Shown: positions 18,329 to 26,278 of the stretch, in pieces
Layout of the letters: each line of letters starts with the position of its first letter
Position numbering within the stretch: position 1 is the stretch's first letter
From: Puniceicoccales bacterium
GTDB taxonomy: Bacteria; Verrucomicrobiota; Verrucomicrobiia; Opitutales; LL51
Direction: 5' to 3'
Length of the DNA stretch: 32,000 bases
NCBI GenBank assembly: GCA_031283585.1
Contig: JAITBP010000013.1
Span: 1 to 32,000, forward strand
The notes under the pieces: generated by a model
What the model was told of the DNA's origin: nothing
The model's input: the letters and a program-made list of their open reading frames with translations, nothing else
Databases searched by the model: none
Program-made: the position numbers and the translations under genes

Positions 18329-18637
18329 CTACAGCAACTCTTTTAATTTAGTTCCTGGCTTAAATTTTACGCTTTTCGATGCTTTTATGATTATTTTTGC
18401 ACCGGTTCTTGGGTTAACACCATTTCGCTTATCGCGCTTTGTGACACTGAAAGTGCCAAAGCCTACGACCTGCACACTGCCATCTTTTTTGATACCATTT
18501 GTTATTGCATCCAAAACCACGTTCACTGTATGTTCTGCAGATGCTTTTGTAACCTTATGATCAGATGAGCACATCCCATTACAATCACATTTATTTAATA
18601 GATTATACGTTTCATTTATTAATTCAGACTTATTCAT
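18329..18637 (-). CDS. hup: HU/IHF-family DNA-binding protein with a Cys-rich insertion
   Basis: MNKSELIN..., VQVVGFGTFSVTKRDKRNGVNPRTGAKIIIKASKSVKFKPGTKLKELL is a canonical HU beta-arm and C-terminus. About 11 extra residues (KCDCNGMCSSDH) lie between helices 1 and 2. Confidence 0.9.
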   Translation of the reverse strand: MNKSELINETYNLLNKCDCNGMCSSDHKVTKASAEHTVNVVLDAITNGIKKDGSVQVVGFGTFSVTKRDKRNGVNPRTGAKIIIKASKSVKFKPGTKLKELL

Positions 18638-18672
18638 ATTTTTAAATTTTAATATAACTTAATAATTTCCTA

Positions 18673-18688
18673 TCAATCAATTGATTGA
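18673..18688. promoter_or_regulatory. Perfect 16-bp palindrome tcaatcaattgattga in the hup/grpE divergent intergenic region
   Basis: Self-complementary as read. Its right half plus flank (ttgattgaaaagacgtt, 18681-18697) recurs as ttgattgaaaaacgtt at 18872-18887. Each copy lies ~35-60 nt upstream of one of the divergent start codons. Confidence 0.3.
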
Positions 18689-18929
18689 AAAGACGTTATG
18701 AATTATCGAAACCTATAACCACCTAGTCAATAATATAAGTTGTTTTTTTGCCAATTTATTCAATAAAATACTCAAAAATATATGGAATAATCAATTTTTA
18801 ATACATTTTAGACATATTTTTTGTAAAAAAATAACCATTTTGCTTATATTAGACACCAGTTATTACTTCGGTTGATTGAAAAACGTTGAAATTTTCTGGC
18901 TTAACTACAATCATTAGTAACCAGTGATA

Positions 18930-19484
18930 ATGACAGATTATATGAAAGAAGAACAACGCAATGTAACGGATTGTTTGGATAAAGGGCAGGATATTGAAAT
19001 GAATTTAGATGGTTCCATGGGCGATGTTGATGATGTGGACTCCGGCGAAAGCGAGGTGTCAGCTCTTGAGACCAAGATGCTTCTATTACAGGCTGATTTT
19101 GATAACTTCAGGAAACGTGTTGCCAGGGACAGGGATGAATATCAAAAATATGCCTGTGCATCTCTAATGTCTGCCATGTTTCCAGTGTTGGATGTTTTTG
19201 AGATAGGATTTAAATCTGTTGATCAAGCAGATCCGGCCGTATCCGGATTTGTTATGGCGTTTAATCAATTGAAATCCATACTGAAAAACAATGGATTGGA
19301 GGAAATATTGCCCAGTGGGGCAAAGTTTGATCCGACTATACACGAAGCTGTTTCCCATGTTCCGAGTGATCAGGTACCAAGTGACATGATAATTGAAGTC
19401 GTTCGTACAGGCTATATGCTAAATGGTAGGCTGTTAAGACCGGCTGCCGTGGTGGTCTCCAGTGGTAAATCGGAGCAGGAATAA
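18930..19484 (+). CDS. grpE: Nucleotide exchange factor GrpE
   Basis: [20 protein letters not shown], the GrpE signature helix, and C-terminal [21 protein letters not shown]. The ORF track starts at GTG 18924. The first ATG is at 18930. Confidence 0.9.
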   Translation: MTDYMKEEQRNVTDCLDKGQDIEMNLDGSMGDVDDVDSGESEVSALETKMLLLQADFDNFRKRVARDRDEYQKYACASLMSAMFPVLDVFEIGFKSVDQADPAVSGFVMAFNQLKSILKNNGLEEILPSGAKFDPTIHEAVSHVPSDQVPSDMIIEVVRTGYMLNGRLLRPAAVVVSSGKSEQE

Positions 19485-19485
19485 T

Positions 19486-20622
19486 ATGGCTGAAAAACAA
19501 GATTATTATGACCTGTTAGGTGTTTCTAAAACCGCTACATCCGAAGAGCTTAAGAAGGCTTATCGGAAGATGGCCATGAAGTATCACCCGGATAAAAACC
19601 CAGGTGACAAAGCCGCTGAGGAAAAGTTCAAACAGATATCCGAAGCCTATGAAATTCTTGGTGATGATCAAAAACGTGCTTCCTATGATAGACATGGACA
19701 TGCGGCCTTCGAATCGGGTAGCCATAGGGCAGGTGGTAGTCATTTCGGTGGATTCCACGATCCTTTTGATATATTTAGAGAGGTTTTTGGTGGTAGCGGT
19801 GGAATTTTTGGTGACATATTTGCTAGCCGGTCCCATTCCCAATCCAGTGGATCTGATCTGCGATATGATATTGAAATATCTCTAAAAGAGGCTTTTACTG
19901 GTGTTGAAAAGCTAGTTAAATACAATCGCAATGTCAAATGCGATCGATGCAATGGATCCGGTGCGGCCGATGACTCGAAGACTATTAAGTGTAGACGCTG
20001 TGGAGGCAGCGGTGTGCTTTCTATGTCCCAGGGCTTTTTTTCCATTCAACAGACTTGTCCAGAATGTCATGGGCAGGGCATGAAGATATCCAGTCCCTGT
20101 ACCGAGTGCAATGGATCGGGAGTGGTGATGGAGAAAACAACTACTAAAGTTAGGATACCACCAGGTGCATTCTCAGGTATGAAACTCAGAATACAGGGAT
20201 TTGGTGAAGCTGGCCATCAAGGCGGTCCAGTCGGCGATCTATATGTGGTCATAAATATTAAAAATAACAATGAATTCGAGCGCGATGGCGATGATCTTCA
20301 TTGTAGGCTGGATATACCATTTACCCTGGCCGCACTGGGTGGTGAGATCAATGTCAAAACCATAGATGCCGAGGCGGTTTTAAAATTATCTCCTGGCACT
20401 CAACAGGGTACGGTAATGCGTATACGTGGCCATGGCATGAAGAAGCTGAAAAGTGATGATCGGGGAGATCAATATGTTCATATAGGTATAATTGTTCCTA
20501 AGAAGCTTACCCAGGAGCAACGTGAAAAACTAGAGGCATTTGCGATGACATTCAGCGACGATGCCCATAAAGCCATTAAGAGCTCCAGTTGGTTTAATAA
20601 AATAAAGGATAGCTTTAAGTAG
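19486..20622 (+). CDS. dnaJ: Molecular chaperone DnaJ (type I)
   Basis: J-domain DYYDLLGV...YHPDKN, a G/F-rich region, and four CxxCxGxG repeats ([32 protein letters not shown]). ATG 19486 lies 1 nt after the grpE stop. Confidence 0.95.
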   Translation: MAEKQDYYDLLGVSKTATSEELKKAYRKMAMKYHPDKNPGDKAAEEKFKQISEAYEILGDDQKRASYDRHGHAAFESGSHRAGGSHFGGFHDPFDIFREVFGGSGGIFGDIFASRSHSQSSGSDLRYDIEISLKEAFTGVEKLVKYNRNVKCDRCNGSGAADDSKTIKCRRCGGSGVLSMSQGFFSIQQTCPECHGQGMKISSPCTECNGSGVVMEKTTTKVRIPPGAFSGMKLRIQGFGEAGHQGGPVGDLYVVINIKNNNEFERDGDDLHCRLDIPFTLAALGGEINVKTIDAEAVLKLSPGTQQGTVMRIRGHGMKKLKSDDRGDQYVHIGIIVPKKLTQEQREKLEAFAMTFSDDAHKAIKSSSWFNKIKDSFK

Positions 20623-20631
20623 TTGTGGTAA

Positions 20632-21252
20632 TCACTCTTCGGTGATAGCGTTTAGCAAAGTGTTTATTTCAGGCAAGAGCTCTTGGAATATATTGTTAGA
20701 TGGTTCTTTTTCACAGAGCTCTTTTGCATGGGTTAGAGATTTAACGGCCTTTTCCGGTTGCTCTGCATCAAAAAAGCATTCAGCGGCGTTCATCAATATC
20801 AGTGGATGGTGTGGGAAAAGTGTAAGCAGAAAATCATACATTTTTGTTCCTGCCTCCAGGTTTGTGTCGGCTACATTCTCTGCTAGCATCATATAGGCGT
20901 AGGCATTAGGGTTTCCATCGGGTATAACCAATGTTAGTAGTTGCCATAATTTAACCTGGTCTTCGGTTGTCGCATTTTCGGCAAAATTTTCCAACACAGA
21001 CACATCGGGTTCGCTTATTTTGGTCAAAGCCATGCTTATTTTGTCCTCTTTGGCGAAATCTATTAATTTATTTATTATCACCGAACAGGTTTCGTCTGCT
21101 GCGAACATTTTTATGGCATCTGAATACATGGAGAGCATAAAATCAGTTGCACTGCTCATCCCCTCGGGAACCACAAGGTTTTCTTTGGAAGTTTTTAATA
21201 CCATGTCACTTAGCTCGTTTATCAACCAATTTAATCTGTCAGCCGGAACCAT
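20632..21252 (-). CDS. Hypothetical acidic helical (TPR-like) protein
   Basis: ATG start, 206 aa, acidic, with no signal peptide or TM. The C-terminal half looks TPR-like (YAYMMLAENVADTNLEAGTKMYDFLLTLFPHHPLILMNAAECFFDAEQPEKAVKSLTHAKELC). No family was recognised. Confidence 0.4.
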   Translation of the reverse strand: MVPADRLNWLINELSDMVLKTSKENLVVPEGMSSATDFMLSMYSDAIKMFAADETCSVIINKLIDFAKEDKISMALTKISEPDVSVLENFAENATTEDQVKLWQLLTLVIPDGNPNAYAYMMLAENVADTNLEAGTKMYDFLLTLFPHHPLILMNAAECFFDAEQPEKAVKSLTHAKELCEKEPSNNIFQELLPEINTLLNAITEE

Positions 21253-21329
21253 AACCTAGGAATTTTATCCTTTATTGAAAAATTAGAAAGCAAAATCTCG
21301 ATGTATATTGCAAAATCGATTGGCTAGAG

Positions 21330-21698
21330 CTAAATCTTGGCTGTAAATGTGTACTCCGGAGTGTTATTGTCTATTGTAATCTTCGCAGAGTCTTTATCTG
21401 GCCGAGATTTGTCCCAATTGGTGACGTGGATGATTTGCTCCTTCTTTGGGACAGATATGTCATTACCAAGCCGTATGCGAAGATAATTTGGTGTTTGCAT
21501 CTGGGCTATTTTTGAAACCAGCGACAGGTTCTTGTCCTCGATGCGTCTACATTCTGATTCCAAGCTGTTTACTATGCCTGCATGGATGAATATCTTTTGG
21601 CGAAGGACCAGTGTACCGAGTGCCGATAAAAACATTACCGTGGCGGAACATAGTATAAGTGCCGCCAACATTCCTTTGTTTATAAACCTATTATTCAT
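21330..21698 (-). CDS. FtsL-like cell-division protein (bitopic, coiled coil), tentative
   Basis: Its position immediately (2 nt) after rsmH is the canonical ftsL slot. It has a short cytoplasmic N-terminus, one TM (MLAALILCSATVMFLSALGTLVL), then a heptad-like segment. Confidence 0.5.
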   Translation of the reverse strand: MNNRFINKGMLAALILCSATVMFLSALGTLVLRQKIFIHAGIVNSLESECRRIEDKNLSLVSKIAQMQTPNYLRIRLGNDISVPKKEQIIHVTNWDKSRPDKDSAKITIDNNTPEYTFTAKI

Positions 21699-21700
21699 GA

Positions 21701-22621
21701 TTAAATTTCTCGTTTTTCAATGGCACGCAGCTTGGCAGATCGGCTACGTGGATTATTTTTTTGTTCCTTTTCGGATGGCACTATTGGCTTCTTGGTGAGC
21801 AACTTAGCATAATAATGGCTTTCTCCCTTAGCCTGGTGCTTTGTATTTACTGCGGTTTGATCCGAAACTTTTTTGAAAAAATTTTTCACAATTCTGTCTT
21901 CCAATGAATGAAAACTTATTACAACTAACCGGCCGTGATTGTTTAGCATATTGAAAGCTTTTTCTATGGCCGTTTCCAATGTCTCTAGTTCATTGTTGAT
22001 CGCTATCCTTATGCCTTGAAATGTCTTAGTCGCAGGATGTATCCTTGTGTACGGAAGGTGAGGTATGATTTTTCTCAGCATGTCAGCAAATGAATCTGAA
22101 TAGACCAGCACATCGGTCCCTCGCTGTTTGATTATGGCCATGACAACGCGCTTCCAAAACCGTTCTTCGCCATAATCTTTAACGGCTTTGATCAGTTCAT
22201 CCATGGATGCACTTTCGAGGAATTCATGGGCTGTGATGCCACTCTGGTTATCCATCCTCATGTCCAGTTTTGAGTGAAATTTGAAAGAGAATCCTCGGGT
22301 CTGAGAATCGATTTGAAAAGATGATAGGCCCAGGTCAAACAGAATACCATCGAAGGTTGTCTTAAGTTGGTCGATGTTCCGGAAGTTCATCTGGTAGAAG
22401 TGGAAGCGGTCACTGTATTCCCTGTTTAACTCTATCGCTCGTGTATATGAATCTGGATCCTGGTCCACTGCCCATAGGGCGTTTGAATCCAGGGCAGAAA
22501 GTATGAGTTTTGAGTGACCGCCTCCACCAAATGTGCAGTCCAGAAATTTTGTACCTTTACTGGCTGATAGAAATTCAATGACTTCGGTGGGCATTACCGG
22601 GTTGTGTGTTGAATTTGTCAT
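21701..22621 (-). CDS. rsmH: 16S rRNA (cytosine1402-N4)-methyltransferase RsmH/MraW
   Basis: HNPVMPTEVIEFL, the SAM motif FLDCTFGGGGHS, DLGLSSFQID and ISFHSLEDRIVK. ATG 22621 overlaps the mraZ TGA (ATGA). I judge the longer ORF to 22675 to be a 5' extension. Confidence 0.93.
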   Translation of the reverse strand: MTNSTHNPVMPTEVIEFLSASKGTKFLDCTFGGGGHSKLILSALDSNALWAVDQDPDSYTRAIELNREYSDRFHFYQMNFRNIDQLKTTFDGILFDLGLSSFQIDSQTRGFSFKFHSKLDMRMDNQSGITAHEFLESASMDELIKAVKDYGEERFWKRVVMAIIKQRGTDVLVYSDSFADMLRKIIPHLPYTRIHPATKTFQGIRIAINNELETLETAIEKAFNMLNNHGRLVVISFHSLEDRIVKNFFKKVSDQTAVNTKHQAKGESHYYAKLLTKKPIVPSEKEQKNNPRSRSAKLRAIEKREI

Positions 22622-23073
22622 AGTCCCAATCCTTTCAAAATATCGCTCATCTCGTCGCTTTGATGGTCGACACATTTTATGTAGTTTTGAAACCTATTTG
22701 GTTCCCATATGTTAAATGTCATGTAACTGCCGACAAGAAGCACGTCGTTTGAGATTCCGGCATGGTCCACGATGCGCTCTTCTATTTTTATTCTACCCTT
22801 TTGATCACAGCTGAAGGTATCGGCATTGGAGAACAGCTTTGCTAGAACATATTGGCCTTTTTGGTCACCAAGGCTCACTTCGGCGACTTTTTCTTCCAGC
22901 CGAGTTATCATTTTTGGTGGGTATATTGTTATGCAACCGATGGGATTTGGTAGTGCCAGAAAAATTTCATTATCAACGGTTGATCGCCATTTTGTCGGCA
23001 GAGCAATGCGGAGTTTATCGTCCATATTTCTCTGGAATTGGCCCACGTAAAATGACTTTTCTAGTAAATTCAC
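22618..23073 (-). CDS. mraZ: Transcriptional regulator MraZ
   Basis: Duplicated SpoVT/AbrB-like halves with MDDKLRIALPTKWR and CDQKGRIKIEERI (DxxxR motifs). GTG start immediately after an in-frame TAA. Confidence 0.9.
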   Translation of the reverse strand: MNLLEKSFYVGQFQRNMDDKLRIALPTKWRSTVDNEIFLALPNPIGCITIYPPKMITRLEEKVAEVSLGDQKGQYVLAKLFSNADTFSCDQKGRIKIEERIVDHAGISNDVLLVGSYMTFNIWEPNRFQNYIKCVDHQSDEMSDILKGLGL

Positions 23074-23078
23074 TTATC

Positions 23079-23114
23079 TCCCAACGGTGGACATTCTCCC
23101 CCATTTTGTCCCAC
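23079..23114 (-). promoter_or_regulatory. Three TGGGN-type direct repeats upstream of mraZ (candidate MraZ operator)
   Basis: On the minus strand the repeats read gtgggac (23114-23108), tggggg (23103-23098) and tggga (23083-23079). Their ends are 10 and 20 nt apart, so they are helically phased. They lie 6-41 nt upstream of the GTG start. Confidence 0.3.
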
Positions 23115-23301
23115 AAGTCAATAATTTTTTCCATATCAAATGTATCAAAATTTTGTTAATTTATTGTAATGAATTGTGGTTGCATATTATTAATGGTAAT
23201 ATACATGCTGGTAATCAACGAATTACATGTTGCATATGTGCTGTACCTTAAAATAGTTAGATTGGAAAAATTTTTACAATTTATACCCGAGGGCCGGGGT
23301 T

Positions 23302-24534
23302 TTAAAGAATCGATTTGATGCTTTTGAGCACGTCGCAGCAGAAAGCTATTTCGTCGATGGTATTGTATAATCCGAAAGATAGTCTCAGCGTGCTATTCAG
23401 GTTGAGTAGTTTCATAAGTGGCTGAGCACAATGATGTCCAGCGCGGGTTGCTATGCCTTCTGTGTCCAGAATGGTGGCGATGTCGTGGGGATGGATTCCT
23501 TTCATTACTATCGATATTACTCCGGCCCGGTTTGTGGGATTTAGCACCAAATCAACCTCATCTATTTTAGTAAGTTCTTCTATGGCAAATGTTACTAGAT
23601 TGGTGGCATGGTTCGAGGCCGTGTCAAAATCGATGGATTTCAGGAATTCGAGGGCGCCCAGGGCACCGGCTATTCCGATGGTATTTGGTGTGCCGGTTTC
23701 AAATTTATCAGGTATGTCTTTAAAAGTTGCATCTTCAAAAGTTGCGTTCAGTATCATGTTGCCGCCGAATTCATAGGGTTTCATTTGGTGGAGCAAATGA
23801 CTTTTGCCGTAGAGGATTCCTATGCCCGTCGGGCCATAGCCTTTATTGCAGGAACAGAGGAAAAAATCGCAATCCAGCGCAGTGACGTCAATTGGTTTAT
23901 GCCCAAGACAATGGGCTCCGTCTAGGATAAAAATTGCGTTGGTTTTATGGGTTAGTTCAGAAATTGTTTCGATGGGATACCTGGCACCGAAAACGTTTGT
24001 GATGTAGGCCATGGACACGATCTTTGTTTTTTTTGAAAGCATTGATTTAAAATTACTTACATCAAAATCGCCGGATGGGGTAGACCTGCAAACGCGCAGT
24101 TTTGCACCGGTTATCCTGGCGACCTGCTGCCAGGGTATTATGTTTGCGTGGTGTTCTTGATCGGAAATTATTATTTCGTCGTCGGTCCCTAGGGTGTCCT
24201 TGGCATAGCACCTGGCTATTATGTTGAGGCCATTGGTAGTTCCAGCCGTGAATATGACGTTATTTTTGTCGTTGATATTGAAATAGGCGGCCATTTTTGA
24301 CCTGGTGGTTTCGTATATCAGGTCGGAGCGTTCGCTAAGGAAGTGTATGCCACGGTGGACATTAGCATTTTTGTGTGACAAAAAATCCGTTATGGCATCG
24401 ATGACACACTGAGGTTTTTGTGTAGATGCGCCATTGTCCAGATATACCAGCTGCTTGCCTCGGGAGTTCTTTTCTTCTAGTATTGGAAAGCTTTTGCGGA
24501 ATTTTTGTACATCGAAGCCAGTTTGATGGTCCAT
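23302..24534 (-). CDS. sufS: Cysteine desulfurase, SufS/CsdB-like (class V aminotransferase)
   Basis: LDNGASTQKP, EHHANIIPWQ, the PLP-Lys region LCSCNKGYGPTGIGILYG, and the catalytic loop ATRAGHHCAQPL. Confidence 0.88.
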   Translation of the reverse strand: MDHQTGFDVQKFRKSFPILEEKNSRGKQLVYLDNGASTQKPQCVIDAITDFLSHKNANVHRGIHFLSERSDLIYETTRSKMAAYFNINDKNNVIFTAGTTNGLNIIARCYAKDTLGTDDEIIISDQEHHANIIPWQQVARITGAKLRVCRSTPSGDFDVSNFKSMLSKKTKIVSMAYITNVFGARYPIETISELTHKTNAIFILDGAHCLGHKPIDVTALDCDFFLCSCNKGYGPTGIGILYGKSHLLHQMKPYEFGGNMILNATFEDATFKDIPDKFETGTPNTIGIAGALGALEFLKSIDFDTASNHATNLVTFAIEELTKIDEVDLVLNPTNRAGVISIVMKGIHPHDIATILDTEGIATRAGHHCAQPLMKLLNLNSTLRLSFGLYNTIDEIAFCCDVLKSIKSIL

Positions 24535-24554
24535 GGTTTGTTACTATCGGTAGA

Positions 24555-25478
24555 TTAGTAGAAATTGACAAGAAAAATTATAGCCACCGCGAGCAAAATT
24601 CTGTAGATGGCAAACGGGTATAATCCATATTTTTTTAGTATATATATTGACGGTTTCATGACCAATAGGGATGTGATAAATGCAATCAATGTGCCTTTGA
24701 TAATACAACCAATAGGCATTGTGCTGACTGGATTCACACTGGAAAATAATAACCTATATGTTGCGGCCAGGGCTATGGTTGCAGCGCCGAGCAGAAAACT
24801 GAATTCTATGGATATCGATCGCGATAGATTTGATAAATAGCCACCGACGATGGTGGTCATGGATCTGCTAATTCCTGTGATCAGCGCAAAACACTGGCAT
24901 AGGCCAATAAAAAATGCCTTCCTGTAGGTGATCGCATTAAAACTGCTTATTTTTTCCGATTTTTCATAAAATTTTTCGGCAAACAACATTACCAGTGATC
25001 CAGTGGCCAAAGCTGTAGCCAGGCATGGCAGAGTACAGAATTTTTCGAGTAAGTCATTGACCATCAAGCCAACAATAACGCATGGAATCAGCCCTAGTAT
25101 GAGTTTTAGTAACAGGGCTAGGCCTTCTTTATTGAAGAAAAAAATTCCGGATAGGATGATTTTGATCCTGCTAGAGCACATCAACAGCATGGCCATCATC
25201 GAGCCCAGCTGAATGATGGTGCCAAATCCATGGACTTGGTTTTCCTGGTTTGGTTTTGCATCATGGTCTCGCTCAAGGTGTTTTGGTCTAACAATCTGCT
25301 CGAATATAACCATATGTGCCGTGGATGATATGGGAAGAAATTCAGTGGCTCCCTGTATTATTCCGAGCGTCGTTGCATAGTTGTCTAGAAATCTATCATT
25401 GGCATCGGCGGCTGATAACGGCCTGACGGCCATGAGCATAATTATAACATTAAGCGTTTGCAGGGCAAATCGTTTCAT
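24555..25478 (-). CDS. uppP: Undecaprenyl-diphosphatase (BacA/UppP)
   Basis: GATEFLPISSTAHM and GISRSMTTIVGG correspond to the two BacA motifs, in a multi-TM protein. There is an extra N-terminal signal-like segment and a hydrophilic insert. The ATG overlaps the tatD TGA (ATGA). Confidence 0.85.
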   Translation of the reverse strand: MKRFALQTLNVIIMLMAVRPLSAADANDRFLDNYATTLGIIQGATEFLPISSTAHMVIFEQIVRPKHLERDHDAKPNQENQVHGFGTIIQLGSMMAMLLMCSSRIKIILSGIFFFNKEGLALLLKLILGLIPCVIVGLMVNDLLEKFCTLPCLATALATGSLVMLFAEKFYEKSEKISSFNAITYRKAFFIGLCQCFALITGISRSMTTIVGGYLSNLSRSISIEFSFLLGAATIALAATYRLLFSSVNPVSTMPIGCIIKGTLIAFITSLLVMKPSIYILKKYGLYPFAIYRILLAVAIIFLVNFY

Positions 25479-26278
25479 TGGATATCAATGGAAAAAAATG
25501 CCAGAGCATTCCTGGTGGTTACAGCACACACTTCCTGTTCCGTGGTACCCAAAATGGTTGCGCAAAATTTTGCGATTTCCCGTAGATAGGCCGGTTCATT
25601 TTGCTTACCCTGGAAAGGTGCCGGTGGAAGAAATGGACAGTCTGTTTCAATCATCAGTTTGTCAAGTCCTTGTGCTATAACAGATTCACGCACATTGTCC
25701 GCTTTTTTATAGGTTACCGTACCGGTGATCGAACCAACACCGCCGCGCTGGTTTAGTTTTTTTATTTCTGCCGGGCCTTCGGAAAAACAATGAAACACAA
25801 CCCTGTGCCAATCAACGCCACTTTTTTCAATGATGTCGACCGAATCAGCAAACGCTGCTCGGGCATGTATAATAACCGGAAGCCCTTGGGTTTTCGCTAT
25901 TAATAGTTGCTGTTCCAGTACTAATTTTTGTAGTTTTATCGTTGCATCCACATCGTCGGTTCGCTCGGATATTTTGAAATAATCCAGGCCGATTTCTCCT
26001 ATCGCCACAGGCTTTTTTTTATTATTCGAAAGATAGCGATACATCACTTCCAACGAAGATTCAAAGTTGTTGTTAACATTGGTTGGATGGATTCCAACGG
26101 TATAGTCAATGTTATTGTATCTGGAGGAAAGTTCTGCATGTACTTGCCAATCAGATTCTTCTGTTCCACATGTCACCAGATGGGTCACTTCGGCATTACT
26201 GGCCCGCTGGAGTATGTTATCGATGATATTTTTCTGACAAAATCCATCCAGATGGCAATGTGTGTCGATGAGATTCAT
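25475..26278 (-). CDS. tatD: TatD-family metal-dependent hydrolase/DNase
   Basis: LIDTHCHLD, IGEIGLDY, PVIIHAR, HCFSEG and ETDCPFL motifs. The ATG abuts the gatB stop. Confidence 0.88.
   Translation of the reverse strand: MNLIDTHCHLDGFCQKNIIDNILQRASNAEVTHLVTCGTEESDWQVHAELSSRYNNIDYTVGIHPTNVNNNFESSLEVMYRYLSNNKKKPVAIGEIGLDYFKISERTDDVDATIKLQKLVLEQQLLIAKTQGLPVIIHARAAFADSVDIIEKSGVDWHRVVFHCFSEGPAEIKKLNQRGGVGSITGTVTYKKADNVRESVIAQGLDKLMIETDCPFLPPAPFQGKQNEPAYLREIAKFCATILGTTEQEVCAVTTRNALAFFSIDIQ

Noticed and set aside
18638-18923. Looked for a CIRCE/HrcA operator (TTAGCACTC-N9-GAGTGCTAA) and DnaA boxes in the long AT-rich spacer upstream of grpE.
   Set aside because: No match or near match was seen by eye. 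Only the tcaatcaattgattga palindrome, reported separately, was found.
22622-22675. N-terminal extensions proposed by the ORF track from TTG/GTG or early ATG starts: rsmH to 22675, gatB to 27778, glmM from 12687, dnaJ from 19462, mraY from 11632, the GT4 gene to 2777 and the ABC ATPase to 30523.
   Set aside because: Internal ATGs reproduce the conserved family N-termini. They also create the ATGA or 1-nt junctions with the upstream gene that recur throughout this window.
23285-23300. GC-rich segment acccgagggccggggt directly after the sufS stop, considered as an intrinsic terminator.
   Set aside because: Only about 4 bp can pair cleanly around a large loop. It is followed by an A/T tract, but the stem is too imperfect to support a call.
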